DNA of 64,000 nt from Carboxydocellales bacterium (GTDB lineage: Bacteria > Bacillota > GCA-003054495 > Carboxydocellales > JAJZTU01), in NCBI GenBank assembly GCA_049302075.1, contig JBAQLS010000025.1, positions 125,378-189,377 of the forward strand, read 5' to 3'. Shown here in pieces: positions 55,581 through 64,000 of this stretch (positions are counted from its first letter, which is position 1; each line of letters starts with the position of its first letter). A program made the position numbers and the translations under genes. Below the pieces are notes generated by a model that searched no databases, was not told the DNA's origin, and saw only the letters and a program-made list of their open reading frames with translations.

Positions 55581-57104
55581 TCAATTATTTTTTCGGCATA
55601 ACTCAATAGCTGTCCTTAAGGCTCTTCCTTTGTGGAGAGTCTCTTCATATTCCAGCTGGGGGTCAGAGTCAGCCACAATGCCGCCACCTACCTGAAAGTA
55701 AGCCCAACCGTCTTTAATCACCAAGGTGCGAATGACAATATTTAAGTCAGCATCGCCACTAAAAGCAATGTATCCCATGGAACCGGTATAAATACCCCGT
55801 TTGACCGGCTCCAACTCTTCGATAATTTCCATTGCCCGAATTTTTGGGGCCCCGGTGATTGAACCACCAGGGAAACTAGCTTGAAGGACATCAATGATGC
55901 TTTTGTCCGCAGGTAGTTGGCCTTCAACAGTAGAGACCAGGTGAAATACAGTTGGGTATTCCTCCAGTCTAATTAACTCAGGCACGTATACTGTCCCGGT
56001 AGTACACACTCGGCCCAGATCGTTGCGCATTAAGTCAATAATCATCACCAACTCAGCTCGGTCCTTGCTGCTATTGAGCAGTTCCTCCCGGTTAGCCTGG
56101 TCGGCAGCTGGGTTCTGCCCTCTGGGCCGGGTGCCTTTAATGGGTCGGGTTTCCACTCGAGAATCTTTGACTAGCAGATAACGTTCCGGGGAAGCGCTGG
56201 CAATCACCACCTCCGGGTAGTTTAGATAACCGGCAAAAGGAGCGGGATTAATAGTACGCAGCACCTTATACAATTCAAAGGGCTCAGTAGGGAGGGGAGC
56301 GTCAAAACGCTGAGTCAGGTTGACCTGAAAAATATCCCCGGCTGCAATATAATCTTTGGCTGCCTGAACCCCTTGACAGTATTCGATCGGAGTAAAATGC
56401 GTCTTGAGAAAGCCATCTAAGTCGGCACTGGCATCGGGTAGCTGGGCCGCTTTGCCTGTGGCAAGTTCTAACGGTTGTTCCGCTAATTGTTGTTTTAGTG
56501 GATGCTCCAAGGACTGGTCTTTTTTATCCAGCAGCTTAGCTGCTGCTATCATTCGCAGTTCAGCATATTCCTTCCGTCGGGCAGTGTCAGCTTCCGGCAG
56601 ACCAGTGGAGGAAATTAGCCATTGTTTTTCTTCGTGGTCATAAATGAGCACAGTATCATAAAACCCCTGAATACAATCGGCTATTTCTAAATCATCTTTG
56701 GCCAGGGAAGGCAGTACTTCTAAATGTGTACCCAGATCATAGGCAAAATAGCCCACACAACCTCCTAAAAAGGGAGGGAGTCCGGTCAGCCTGGGGATGG
56801 AGTATCTTCCCAGTAAAGCCTTCAGCGTTTGCCAGGGGTCACCGTTAAAATATTCTCTGCCATCCTTTTTATTAAGCATAATCTGGTTACCTTTACTCTC
56901 CATAGTTATGAATGGGTCAAAACCTATAAAAGAGTATTTTCCCAGACCTTGGGGATTCATCCCGCTATCTAGAAAAAAACTGTAAGGAAGGTTTTTTAGT
57001 TGCTGATACACTTCCACCGGCAAAATTTTAGAGCTGAATTTCCGCACTAAGGGCTGGGCCATTATGACAGTCTGATTATTTACGGTAAGGGTTTGGCTAG
57101 ACAT
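55581..57104 (-). CDS. pabB: Aminodeoxychorismate synthase component I
   Basis: A chorismate-binding enzyme with TRPIKGTRPRG. PabB has a Lys at this position where TrpE has Ala. GGAGG precedes the ATG. Confidence 0.8.
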   Translation of the reverse strand: MSSQTLTVNNQTVIMAQPLVRKFSSKILPVEVYQQLKNLPYSFFLDSGMNPQGLGKYSFIGFDPFITMESKGNQIMLNKKDGREYFNGDPWQTLKALLGRYSIPRLTGLPPFLGGCVGYFAYDLGTHLEVLPSLAKDDLEIADCIQGFYDTVLIYDHEEKQWLISSTGLPEADTARRKEYAELRMIAAAKLLDKKDQSLEHPLKQQLAEQPLELATGKAAQLPDASADLDGFLKTHFTPIEYCQGVQAAKDYIAAGDIFQVNLTQRFDAPLPTEPFELYKVLRTINPAPFAGYLNYPEVVIASASPERYLLVKDSRVETRPIKGTRPRGQNPAADQANREELLNSSKDRAELVMIIDLMRNDLGRVCTTGTVYVPELIRLEEYPTVFHLVSTVEGQLPADKSIIDVLQASFPGGSITGAPKIRAMEIIEELEPVKRGIYTGSMGYIAFSGDADLNIVIRTLVIKDGWAYFQVGGGIVADSDPQLEYEETLHKGRALRTAIELCRKNN

Positions 57105-57133
57105 GGTTCCTCCTTAAAGTGTTCGCTAGACAT

Positions 57134-57160
57134 AAAAAATACCAGCACAAAGTACTGGTA
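57134..57160 (-). terminator. pabB leader attenuator terminator
   Basis: On the minus strand, UACCAGUAC-UUU-GUGCUGGUA (9 bp including one wobble) is followed by UUUUUUA, about 30 nt before the pabB ATG. Confidence 0.6.
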
Positions 57161-57222
57161 CTCACACCGCTATCTCCGAGTCGTCTCAACTCAACTAATC
57201 TATCCTCATCTCAGCTCTGCTC
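57161..57222 (-). promoter_or_regulatory. Second TRAP-type site: 8 (G/U)AG triplets at an exact 5-nt period plus 3 more irregularly spaced
   Basis: The minus strand reads GAG-ca-GAG-ct-GAG-at-GAG-ga-TAG-at-TAG-tt-GAG-tt-GAG ... GAG-a-TAG ... GAG. It shares the 14-mer GAGCTGAGATGAGG with the trpE leader. Confidence 0.7.
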
Positions 57223-57263
57223 AAAATTAAATTGTCTGCGTAAGCTAATGTATTAGCAGTTTT

Positions 57264-57292
57264 AATTTAGCATGGCTGAAAACCCTTGTCAA
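57264..57292 (-). promoter_or_regulatory. Probable pabB promoter
   Basis: The minus strand reads TTGACA, a 17-nt spacer, then TAAATT. Confidence 0.5.
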
Positions 57293-57352
57293 TATGTATT
57301 CCTGCCCAAACACAAAAGAAAAATAAACTTGCGTCCGAGGGTGACCCTGTGG

Positions 57353-57480
57353 TAGCATAATGGTTGTAGGATGGTTGGTTAAAGTAGAATTAGTACAAAA
57401 AAGTAGAACAGTAGAACAGTAGGATGGATAGCATGGTTATGAGTTTGACCAGGGCACTTCCATTTTGGAGTGCTTTTTTT
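57353..57480 (+). promoter_or_regulatory. UAG-rich leader (8 UAG + 1 GAG in ~90 nt) followed by an intrinsic terminator, upstream of aroF-tyrA-aroA
   Basis: TAG occurs at 57353, 57367, 57385, 57391, 57404, 57412, 57420 and 57429, including TAGAACAGTAGAACAGTAGGATGGATAG. The hairpin GCACTTCC-ATTTT-GGAGTGC (57454-57473) is followed by TTTTTTT. Confidence 0.5.
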
Positions 57481-57572
57481 GATACTTAGGAAATATGCTT
57501 GGAATAATAGGTATACTAATGTAAACTACCAACCCTACAAAAATAATTCGAATTTATTTTAAGGAGGATAAC

Positions 57573-58589
57573 ATGATAGTAGTAATGAATCACGGGGCCA
57601 AGGAAGAAGAAGTTAAAAAAGTAATTGATAAATTAACTAATGCGGGTTTTCAAATTCATCTATCCGAAGGTGTGGAAAGAACTATCATTGGGGCGATTGG
57701 CGATAAAACCCGACTTTCCCAACTAGCCATTGAGGCTATGAACGGGGTGGATAAATTGGTACCTATTCTCCAGCAATTTAAGCTGGTTGGACGAGAGTTT
57801 AAATCCCAGAATACCATAGTGAAAGTTGGAAATATTGCTATTGGCGGTGAACAGTTACATATCATGGCTGGACCCTGTGCCGTGGAAAGCAGGGAGCAAC
57901 TAATCGAGACAGCTCACGAAGTAAAAGAGGCTGGCGCAACTATGCTCAGAGGCGGCGCCTATAAACCTAGAACCTCCCCCTATGTTTTCCAAGGGTTAGA
58001 GGAAGAGGGGCTGAAAATTCTAGCCGAGGCTAGGGAGCAGACCGGTCTTCCCATTGTTACCGAGGTAGTAGATCCGAGAACTGTGGAACTAGTTGCTAAT
58101 TATGCCGATATGCTCCAAATCGGTGCTCGCAATATGCAGAACTTTTTCTTATTGAAAGAAGTAGCTAAGGCCAATAAACCAGTGCTATTAAAGCGGGGCC
58201 CTTCTGCTACTATTGAAGAATGGCTAATGGCTGCCGAATACATCATGGCGGGAGGTAATTACGATGTAGTGCTCTGTGAGCGCGGTATCCGCACCTATGA
58301 AACTTACACCCGTAATACCCTAGACTTAAACGCGGTTCCCGCTGTCAAACACCTCTCCCACCTGCCAGTAATAGTTGACCCCAGTCATGGTACCGGAAAG
58401 TGGAAAATGGTAGCTCCCATGGCCAGAGCATCTATAGCTGCCGGAGCAGACGGTTTAATGGTGGAAGTTCATTACAACCCAGCTGAGGCTTTGTGCGATG
58501 GTTCTCAATCCCTTACTCCCGAGAATTTCCGAGTTTTAATGCAGGAAATTCGGCAAATAGCTCCGGTGATGGGTCGGAAACTGGTCTAG
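57573..58589 (+). CDS. aroF: 3-deoxy-7-phosphoheptulonate (DAHP) synthase, class I-beta, with an N-terminal ferredoxin-like regulatory domain
   Basis: The core is KDO8PS-like (..GPCAVES.., GAYKPRTSPY, KRG.., DPSHG). An extra ~70-aa N-terminal domain (MIVVMNHGAKEEEV..) is present. Confidence 0.9.
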   Translation: MIVVMNHGAKEEEVKKVIDKLTNAGFQIHLSEGVERTIIGAIGDKTRLSQLAIEAMNGVDKLVPILQQFKLVGREFKSQNTIVKVGNIAIGGEQLHIMAGPCAVESREQLIETAHEVKEAGATMLRGGAYKPRTSPYVFQGLEEEGLKILAEAREQTGLPIVTEVVDPRTVELVANYADMLQIGARNMQNFFLLKEVAKANKPVLLKRGPSATIEEWLMAAEYIMAGGNYDVVLCERGIRTYETYTRNTLDLNAVPAVKHLSHLPVIVDPSHGTGKWKMVAPMARASIAAGADGLMVEVHYNPAEALCDGSQSLTPENFRVLMQEIRQIAPVMGRKLV

Positions 58590-58608
58590 GTGGGAAAGGA
58601 AGAAAACT

Positions 58609-59718
58609 ATGTCCCAGATTTTTAAGCGGATCTGTATAATCGGGGTTGGACTAATTGGCGGCTCCCTTGGTATGGCTGTTATCCAGCGTGGTTTAGCCGG
58701 TGAGGTGGTTGGTGTGGTTAGGAACCAGGAGAATTTGGAACTTGCTCTGGCCACTGCAGCTATCCACCGAGGTACTCCTGACCCAATAGCAGGAGTGGAA
58801 GGTGCGGACTTGGTAGTTTTGGCTACGCCAGTAGGCGCTTATGCTCCTATCTTAAAGCTAATCAAGCCCTACCTGTCCCCGGATGCTGTGATCACCGATG
58901 TAGGCAGCACTAAGGAAAAGGTAGTCCGGGAGGCTGAAGAAATTTTAGGTGATCAGTCTGCTTTTATTGGCGGGCACCCTATGGCCGGGTCGGAGCAGGC
59001 CGGGGTTAAGGGTGCCGACCCTTACCTTTTTGAAAATGCCGTTTATTTGTTAACTCCAACCGTACTAACCAGCCAGTCTGCCTTACATAAAATAGCTAAC
59101 CTGTGCTCTGCCCTAGGGGCTAAGGTTATGACTTTTACTCCAGAGGAACATGATCAGATGGTTGCTGCCGTAAGCCACTTACCCCATTTAATTGCCGCAA
59201 CCTTGGTTAACACTGTCAGTAAACTACAGCAGGAATTTCCTCAAACCCTTCAATTGGCAGCAGGTGGATTTAAGGATACTACCAGGGTAGCCATGGGGAA
59301 TCCCACTATGTGGCGGGATATCTTGCTTTCTAACCAAGCCCATGTGTTAGGCTTAATTACTAAATTTCAGCAAACCCTAACCCTGCTAGAGGAGGATATT
59401 CGGGAGGCTGCTAGTGCCGACCTGGTTGGTAAACTAGAAAGCGCTCAGGAGCTTCGCCAGAAGTTGCCTAAAAAACTTAAAGGATACTGGCCGGAATTAT
59501 ACGAAATAGTAGTTACCGTACCCGACAAACCAGGGATGATTGCCCAGATAGCAGCTATCCTAGCAGAGGAACAAATTAATATTGCCGATATAGAAATCCT
59601 GCGGGTGCGGGAAGGGGAAGGCGGGACAATTCGCCTTGGCTTTACCCTCCCAGGTAATGATGAAGCCGCAATAAGGATTTTGCGTTCCAAAGGAATTATT
59701 GCCAAACCGAGGCATTAG
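58609..59718 (+). CDS. tyrA: Prephenate dehydrogenase with a C-terminal ACT domain
   Basis: IIGVGLIGGSLG Rossmann motif, GGHPMAGSE, and a C-terminal ACT-like segment (VTVPDKPGMIAQI..). Confidence 0.9.
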   Translation: MSQIFKRICIIGVGLIGGSLGMAVIQRGLAGEVVGVVRNQENLELALATAAIHRGTPDPIAGVEGADLVVLATPVGAYAPILKLIKPYLSPDAVITDVGSTKEKVVREAEEILGDQSAFIGGHPMAGSEQAGVKGADPYLFENAVYLLTPTVLTSQSALHKIANLCSALGAKVMTFTPEEHDQMVAAVSHLPHLIAATLVNTVSKLQQEFPQTLQLAAGGFKDTTRVAMGNPTMWRDILLSNQAHVLGLITKFQQTLTLLEEDIREAASADLVGKLESAQELRQKLPKKLKGYWPELYEIVVTVPDKPGMIAQIAAILAEEQINIADIEILRVREGEGGTIRLGFTLPGNDEAAIRILRSKGIIAKPRH

Positions 59719-59752
59719 GCCAACCTAATCAGGGCTTTCAAGGAGAAACAAT

Positions 59753-61036
59753 ATGTTGCGTATAACCAAAGCACCTAGGCTGCAGGGAACTATCACTGTG
59801 CCGGGGGACAAGTCCATCTCCCACCGGGCTATAATGTTAGGCTCTCTAGCCAAAGGTAGAACAGAAATCCATAATTTCCTCACCGGTGAGGATTGTTTAA
59901 GCACTGCCAAGTGTTTTCAGGCCATGGGCATTACCATGGAGGGACTGGGTTCCACTACCGTCACCATCCATGGTCAGGGCCTAAGCGGTCTATCTGAACC
60001 CATTGATGTTCTAGATGTGGGCAACTCTGGGACCACTATGCGTTTAATGATGGGGATTTTAGCCGGCCAGCCCTTTTTTAGTGCAGTTACTGGAGATAGT
60101 ACCATCCGCCGCCGGCCCATGGGTCGAGTTACGAAACCCTTAGGTGAAATGGGAGCCAAAATATGGGGTAGAGAGGGTGGAACCCTTGCTCCACTTGCAG
60201 TCCAGGGAACAGCCTTAAGCCCAATTCACTATAAATCCACTGTGGCCAGTGCACAGGTCAAATCTGCGGTTATTTTAGCCGGATTGTATTGTGACGGCGA
60301 AACTGGTATCACGGAACCCATTAAGTCCAGAGATCATACCGAACGGATGCTGCGTTACTTTGGTGGTCAAATCCAAGAAGCCGGTAACCAGGTCACTGTG
60401 ACCGGCCGGCCAGAGTTGAAGGGCAGGAAGGTAATTGTACCCGGGGATATTTCCTCTGCCGCCTTCTTTTTAGTAGCGGCTAGCATTGTGCCTAATAGTG
60501 AGCTGTTGTTGCAAAATGTAGGAATTAATCCCACCCGGGATGGTATACTTGAGGTTTTAGCAGGAATGGGTGCTAATTTCCAACTCCTTAACCAACGAGA
60601 AGAATCCGGGGAACCGGTTAGCGATATTCTAGTCAAAAGCAGCCCTTTGCGGGGGATTACCATCGGCGGCGACATCATACCCCGGTTAATTGACGAAATT
60701 CCCGTACTGGCTGTGGCTGCTGCTTTAGCCGAAGGGGAAACCATCATCAAAGATGCTCAGGAACTAAAGGTCAAAGAAACTAACCGTATTACCGCTATAG
60801 TCAATGAACTAACCAAATTCGGTGTTGAAGTTGAAGAACTGCCGGATGGGCTGCGCATTCGAGGAGGTAAACCCCTTCAGGGGGCTCATTGTGAAAGCTA
60901 TCATGACCACCGTATGGCCATGTCCATGGCAGTTGCCGGTATGTTGGCCGAGGGAGAAACAATTATTACCAACCCGGAATGTGTAAATATTTCCTTTCCC
61001 GGCTTTGCCCAACTGTTACATAGCCTGACTGGTTAG
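59753..61036 (+). CDS. aroA: 3-phosphoshikimate 1-carboxyvinyltransferase (EPSP synthase)
   Basis: PGDKSISHRA, LDVGNSGTTMRL and RPMGRV motifs. Confidence 0.95.
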   Translation: MLRITKAPRLQGTITVPGDKSISHRAIMLGSLAKGRTEIHNFLTGEDCLSTAKCFQAMGITMEGLGSTTVTIHGQGLSGLSEPIDVLDVGNSGTTMRLMMGILAGQPFFSAVTGDSTIRRRPMGRVTKPLGEMGAKIWGREGGTLAPLAVQGTALSPIHYKSTVASAQVKSAVILAGLYCDGETGITEPIKSRDHTERMLRYFGGQIQEAGNQVTVTGRPELKGRKVIVPGDISSAAFFLVAASIVPNSELLLQNVGINPTRDGILEVLAGMGANFQLLNQREESGEPVSDILVKSSPLRGITIGGDIIPRLIDEIPVLAVAAALAEGETIIKDAQELKVKETNRITAIVNELTKFGVEVEELPDGLRIRGGKPLQGAHCESYHDHRMAMSMAVAGMLAEGETIITNPECVNISFPGFAQLLHSLTG

Positions 61037-61094
61037 GTTAGCACAAATTATTAGATTATTTTGCTCAGCGGGTTGAAACAATATAAAGGAGGAA

Positions 61095-61673
61095 TTGACT
61101 GTGAAAAAAGGTTTAATTGTACTGGTAGTTATCTTAGGCGTAATTTTTCTGATAGGTTCATCCCTTGCGGGAATCTATAATGGCTTAGTCACCGATTCGG
61201 AAAATATCAAAGGTCAGTGGAGCCAGGTAGAAAACCAGCTCCAACGTAGAGCAGATTTAATCGGTAACTTAGTGGAAACGGTTAAAGGCTATGCTTCCCA
61301 TGAAAAAGAAATAATCGGCCAAATTGCTGATTCCCGTGCCAAGCTTGCTGGGGCCAAAACTCCCGCTGCCGCAGCCAGTGCTGAAGCGAATTTTGGCAAT
61401 GCCCTTTCCAGATTGCTTGTAGTAGTGGAAAACTATCCTAACCTTAAGGCGGATGCTAACTTCCGGAGCTTAATGGATGAACTTTCCGGAACGGAAAACC
61501 GGATTGCGGTGGCTCGCAAAGACTATAATGGAGCTGTCCAAACTTACAATACCAAAATTCGCACCTTACCTACCTCGATGATTGCTGGAATGTTTGGGTT
61601 CGGAGCGCAGGAATATTTCAAAGCAGAGGAAGGGACTAAAACTGCTCCCAAAGTGGATTTTGGCACCAAGTAA
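61095..61673 (+). CDS. lemA: LemA-family protein
   Basis: N-terminal TM helix, YN.L.., and ..NYP.LKA...F..L motifs. Confidence 0.85.
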   Translation: MTVKKGLIVLVVILGVIFLIGSSLAGIYNGLVTDSENIKGQWSQVENQLQRRADLIGNLVETVKGYASHEKEIIGQIADSRAKLAGAKTPAAAASAEANFGNALSRLLVVVENYPNLKADANFRSLMDELSGTENRIAVARKDYNGAVQTYNTKIRTLPTSMIAGMFGFGAQEYFKAEEGTKTAPKVDFGTK

Positions 61674-61679
61674 GAGTTA

Positions 61680-61705
61680 GCTAGACGGGGAATTTCAACA
61701 GCCTG
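61680..61705 (-). repeat. Terminal fragment of the intergenic repeat in reverse orientation
   Basis: GCTAGACGGGGAATTTCAACAGCCTG begins 7 nt after the lemA stop. Confidence 0.6.
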
Positions 61706-61733
61706 TAAAATCCCGGCAAAGGGGAGTGTTTAC

Positions 61734-62531
61734 ATGAAAAGAATTACCGCATGCATGCTCCTGATAGTAATGGTATTTGGCTTAATCTATTCCACCTTCG
61801 CTTGGGCGGCTGACCCTTATCCGCCAAAGCCGGAGGGTAATATTTATGTTAACGATTTCGCCCAAATGCTCAGTCCTCAAACAGTTCAGGCTATTCAAGC
61901 CTTAGGAGCCCAACTGGAGCAACAGACTACCGCCCAAGTTGCGGTGGTTACCGTACCCAATCTGGCAGGTCAACCGGTGGAAGACTACGCAGTTGGACTT
62001 TTTCGCAAGTGGGGTATTGGCCAGAAGCAAAAAAACAATGGTGTACTCCTCCTGGTTTCGAAAGAAGAGCGTAAGGTCAGAATCGAAGTGGGCTACGGTT
62101 TAGAGGGTGCCCTACCCGACGCTAAGACCGGACGTATTCTGGATGAAGAGGTTGTACCCTTTTTCCGGCAAGGGGATTATGACAACGGTGTTTACCGGGG
62201 GTATGGGGTTTTGGCGGCCAATGTAGCGCAGGAATATCAGGTGCAGCTGACTGAGCCGCAGGCTAAGCCCATCCCGGAAAAACCCCAGGTAACGAAAAAC
62301 ACTAGGAGCAGGGTTCCTTCTCCTTTAGAACGCTGGTTGCCGTATATTTTAATAGCCATGTTCATTTTAGACCTGATTTTTAATCGGGCTAGAATCACCC
62401 GCACTGTCCTGGAAATGCTCTTTTTGTTTGGACTCTTTCGGGGAGGAAGTGGTGGTGGCGGGGGTGGCTTTGGTGGTGGCGGTTTTGGCGGAGGTTCCTC
62501 CGGTGGAGGGGGAAGCAGCCGAGACTGGTAA
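61734..62531 (+). CDS. TPM-domain (YgcG-like) protein with a TM helix and a Gly-rich tail
   Basis: The signal peptide, ..VND.A..L.., the VAVVTV region and a C-terminal GGSGGGGGGFGGGGFGGG tail fit the family. This is the usual partner of lemA. Confidence 0.8.
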   Translation: MKRITACMLLIVMVFGLIYSTFAWAADPYPPKPEGNIYVNDFAQMLSPQTVQAIQALGAQLEQQTTAQVAVVTVPNLAGQPVEDYAVGLFRKWGIGQKQKNNGVLLLVSKEERKVRIEVGYGLEGALPDAKTGRILDEEVVPFFRQGDYDNGVYRGYGVLAANVAQEYQVQLTEPQAKPIPEKPQVTKNTRSRVPSPLERWLPYILIAMFILDLIFNRARITRTVLEMLFLFGLFRGGSGGGGGGFGGGGFGGGSSGGGGSSRDW

Positions 62532-62550
62532 TTGGATAAGGGCTGTTAAA

Positions 62551-62590
62551 AAATCCCGCCTCACACGGTAAAGTGGGGCGGGATTTCTTG
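62551..62590 (+). terminator. Rho-independent terminator
   Basis: AAATCCCGCC ... GGCGGGATTT forms a 10-bp stem followed by CTT. The 5' flank GGCTGTTAAAAAATCCCGCC resembles the repeat terminus. Confidence 0.55.
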
Positions 62591-62735
62591 GCGTATAGGA
62601 AAGTATAAATTTCAGGCACTACTCAACTAATGCATTGTAGTTCCGCATAAGTGCAGCTAAGGCTTCCGCCTGCGCTGGCGCTTGGCGCAAGCCAAGCTTT
62701 CTTTAAAGTTAAGTCGACGTAGTTGATTTACTGGC

Positions 62736-63491
62736 TTACTTTAGTAAACGCAAATAATCCTTTTGAGTTTCTTTTACCCGTTCAGCTATAAAATGAATAA
62801 ACTCCCTGTCATCTTTATGTGCTCTCTCCAAAAAGCTAATATATTCCCTTCGTAAAACAGGTGGAATAATGGCAATTGCATATCCATTCTGCAACAAGAT
62901 TAAATTCATCAATAGTCTAGCCACTCTGCCATTTCCATCAACAAAGGGATGAATAAAAACAAACTCTTTATGCACAAGTCCGGCCAATTCCACCGGATGA
63001 TAATCTTGCCTTGTACTATTTATTCTTTCTACAAATTCTTCCATAAGACCTGGGACTTTTTCGGGATTTGGGACACTATATTCAGAGCCACTGATAAAAA
63101 CCTTTTTCTTTCTATATCTACCAGCCTCTTTATCGTATATTAACCGATAAAAGAGCTTATGAAGTTTTTTGATGATTGTTTCGTCAAATCTTTTACTCTT
63201 TGCTATGGAGTATATATAATCAAAGGCTGCACTGTGACCCAAAGCTTCAAAATAGTCCCTGATCGGCTTTCCTGCTATAGTAATCCCGTCTTCGAGGATG
63301 ATTTTAGTTTCCGTCTCAGTTAATGAGTTACCTTCTAAAGCGTTACTTGAATATGTTAATCCAATTCTATAGTAAGCTTTTAATTGTTTTACTATATCAT
63401 TGGAAAGAGGTTTATAACTGTTCACTTCTTTTTGTAATAAATCAATTTCCCTAAAAATACTTATCACAAAAACACCCCTCTTGCCTTCCAA
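62736..63491 (-). CDS. Fic-family protein (AMPylase-type) with an N-terminal inhibitory-helix motif (likely start GTG 63467)
   Basis: HPFVDGNGRVARLLMN is the Fic motif. SNALEG matches the (S/T)xxxE(G/N) autoinhibition motif. The region is AT-rich. Confidence 0.85.
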   Translation of the reverse strand: MEGKRGVFVISIFREIDLLQKEVNSYKPLSNDIVKQLKAYYRIGLTYSSNALEGNSLTETETKIILEDGITIAGKPIRDYFEALGHSAAFDYIYSIAKSKRFDETIIKKLHKLFYRLIYDKEAGRYRKKKVFISGSEYSVPNPEKVPGLMEEFVERINSTRQDYHPVELAGLVHKEFVFIHPFVDGNGRVARLLMNLILLQNGYAIAIIPPVLRREYISFLERAHKDDREFIHFIAERVKETQKDYLRLLK

Positions 63492-63677
63492 TAACTTCCT
63501 GATTTCACTATTATACTATAATTTAGATTCCCAGACAAACCTCTAGGTTTTTAATTTAACAGCCTGAATTTTTCACATACCCCCCTACTGATTTATCCAT
63601 ATAAAGAGGAAATACTAGTTAACACGGAGAAAAAATTAGCTAGAGAGAAAATATTATTTAATGTCGGGGAGGGAAAC

Positions 63678-64000
63678 ATGAAAAAATATAGTATTGCCAT
63701 TGATGGACCTGCTGGGGCAGGTAAAAGCACTATTGCCAAGTTTTTAGCCGGCGAGTTAGGCTATGTCTATGTGGATACAGGTGCTATGTACCGGGCAGTA
63801 ACCCTTAAGGCGTTGGAGAATAACGTCGATTTAAACAATGGGGAGGCTTTAACTAGTTTGGTGCAGAACACCAAGGTTTACTTGGATTTAGATTCCACAG
63901 GAAGTCAACGGGTGTTTTTGGATGGTCAGCAAGTTACTCAGCAAATTCGCACTACCATAGTTACCCGGAATGTTTCCCAGGTTTCGGCAGTTCCGGGAGT
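63678..64000 (+). CDS. cmk: Cytidylate kinase, 3'-truncated by the window edge
   Basis: Hand translation gives [42 protein letters not shown]... GGGGAGGG precedes the ATG. It is not in the ORF track because no stop lies in the window. Confidence 0.9.
   Translation, partial: MKKYSIAIDGPAGAGKSTIAKFLAGELGYVYVDTGAMYRAVTLKALENNVDLNNGEALTSLVQNTKVYLDLDSTGSQRVFLDGQQVTQQIRTTIVTRNVSQVSAVPG

Overview
This is a 64-kb chromosomal segment from a spore-forming anaerobic Firmicute. Gene content (dacB-spmAB, ytfJ, hgcAB, TRAP-type trp leader) suggests a Peptococcaceae-like member of the Clostridia, but I cannot verify the taxon from the sequence alone. Most genes are core metabolism on the + strand, with aromatic amino-acid genes unusually concentrated: aroE, aroC-aroK-aroB, hutP-like-aroH, trpEGDCFBA, pabB (minus strand) and aroF-tyrA-aroA. 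Other housekeeping genes include tldD, glgA, trpS, scpAB, rluB, rnj, helD, lrgAB, cobO and cmk. Accessory content: an hgcAB mercury-methylation pair, an AT-rich two-gene Septu-like defense islet (ATPase + HNH), two ArsR-controlled metal/arsenic modules, and an AT-rich Fic gene. The observations I rate highest are these. (1) Both hgcA and hgcB carry an in-frame UGA followed by a SECIS-like hairpin. The hgcB UGA sits where HgcB normally has an essential Cys, and read-through restores the missing Cys-rich tail, so both are candidate selenoproteins. (2) A ~120-nt intergenic repeat family with 14-bp terminal inverted repeats has at least 5 full copies plus fragments. Its internal stems differ between copies but stay perfectly self-complementary, and its end supplies the last codons and the stop codon of three unrelated genes. 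(3) There are four leader attenuators of two kinds. Classical TRAP-type (G/A/U)AG repeats with a 5-nt period lie upstream of trpE and, unexpectedly, pabB. A second class of UAG-rich leaders with near-identical terminators lies upstream of the hutP-like-aroH and aroF-tyrA-aroA operons, which suggests the HutP paralog is an aromatic-pathway RNA-binding regulator. (4) A 220-nt near-perfect hairpin lies between trpS and scpA. No rRNA, tRNA or CRISPR arrays were seen.
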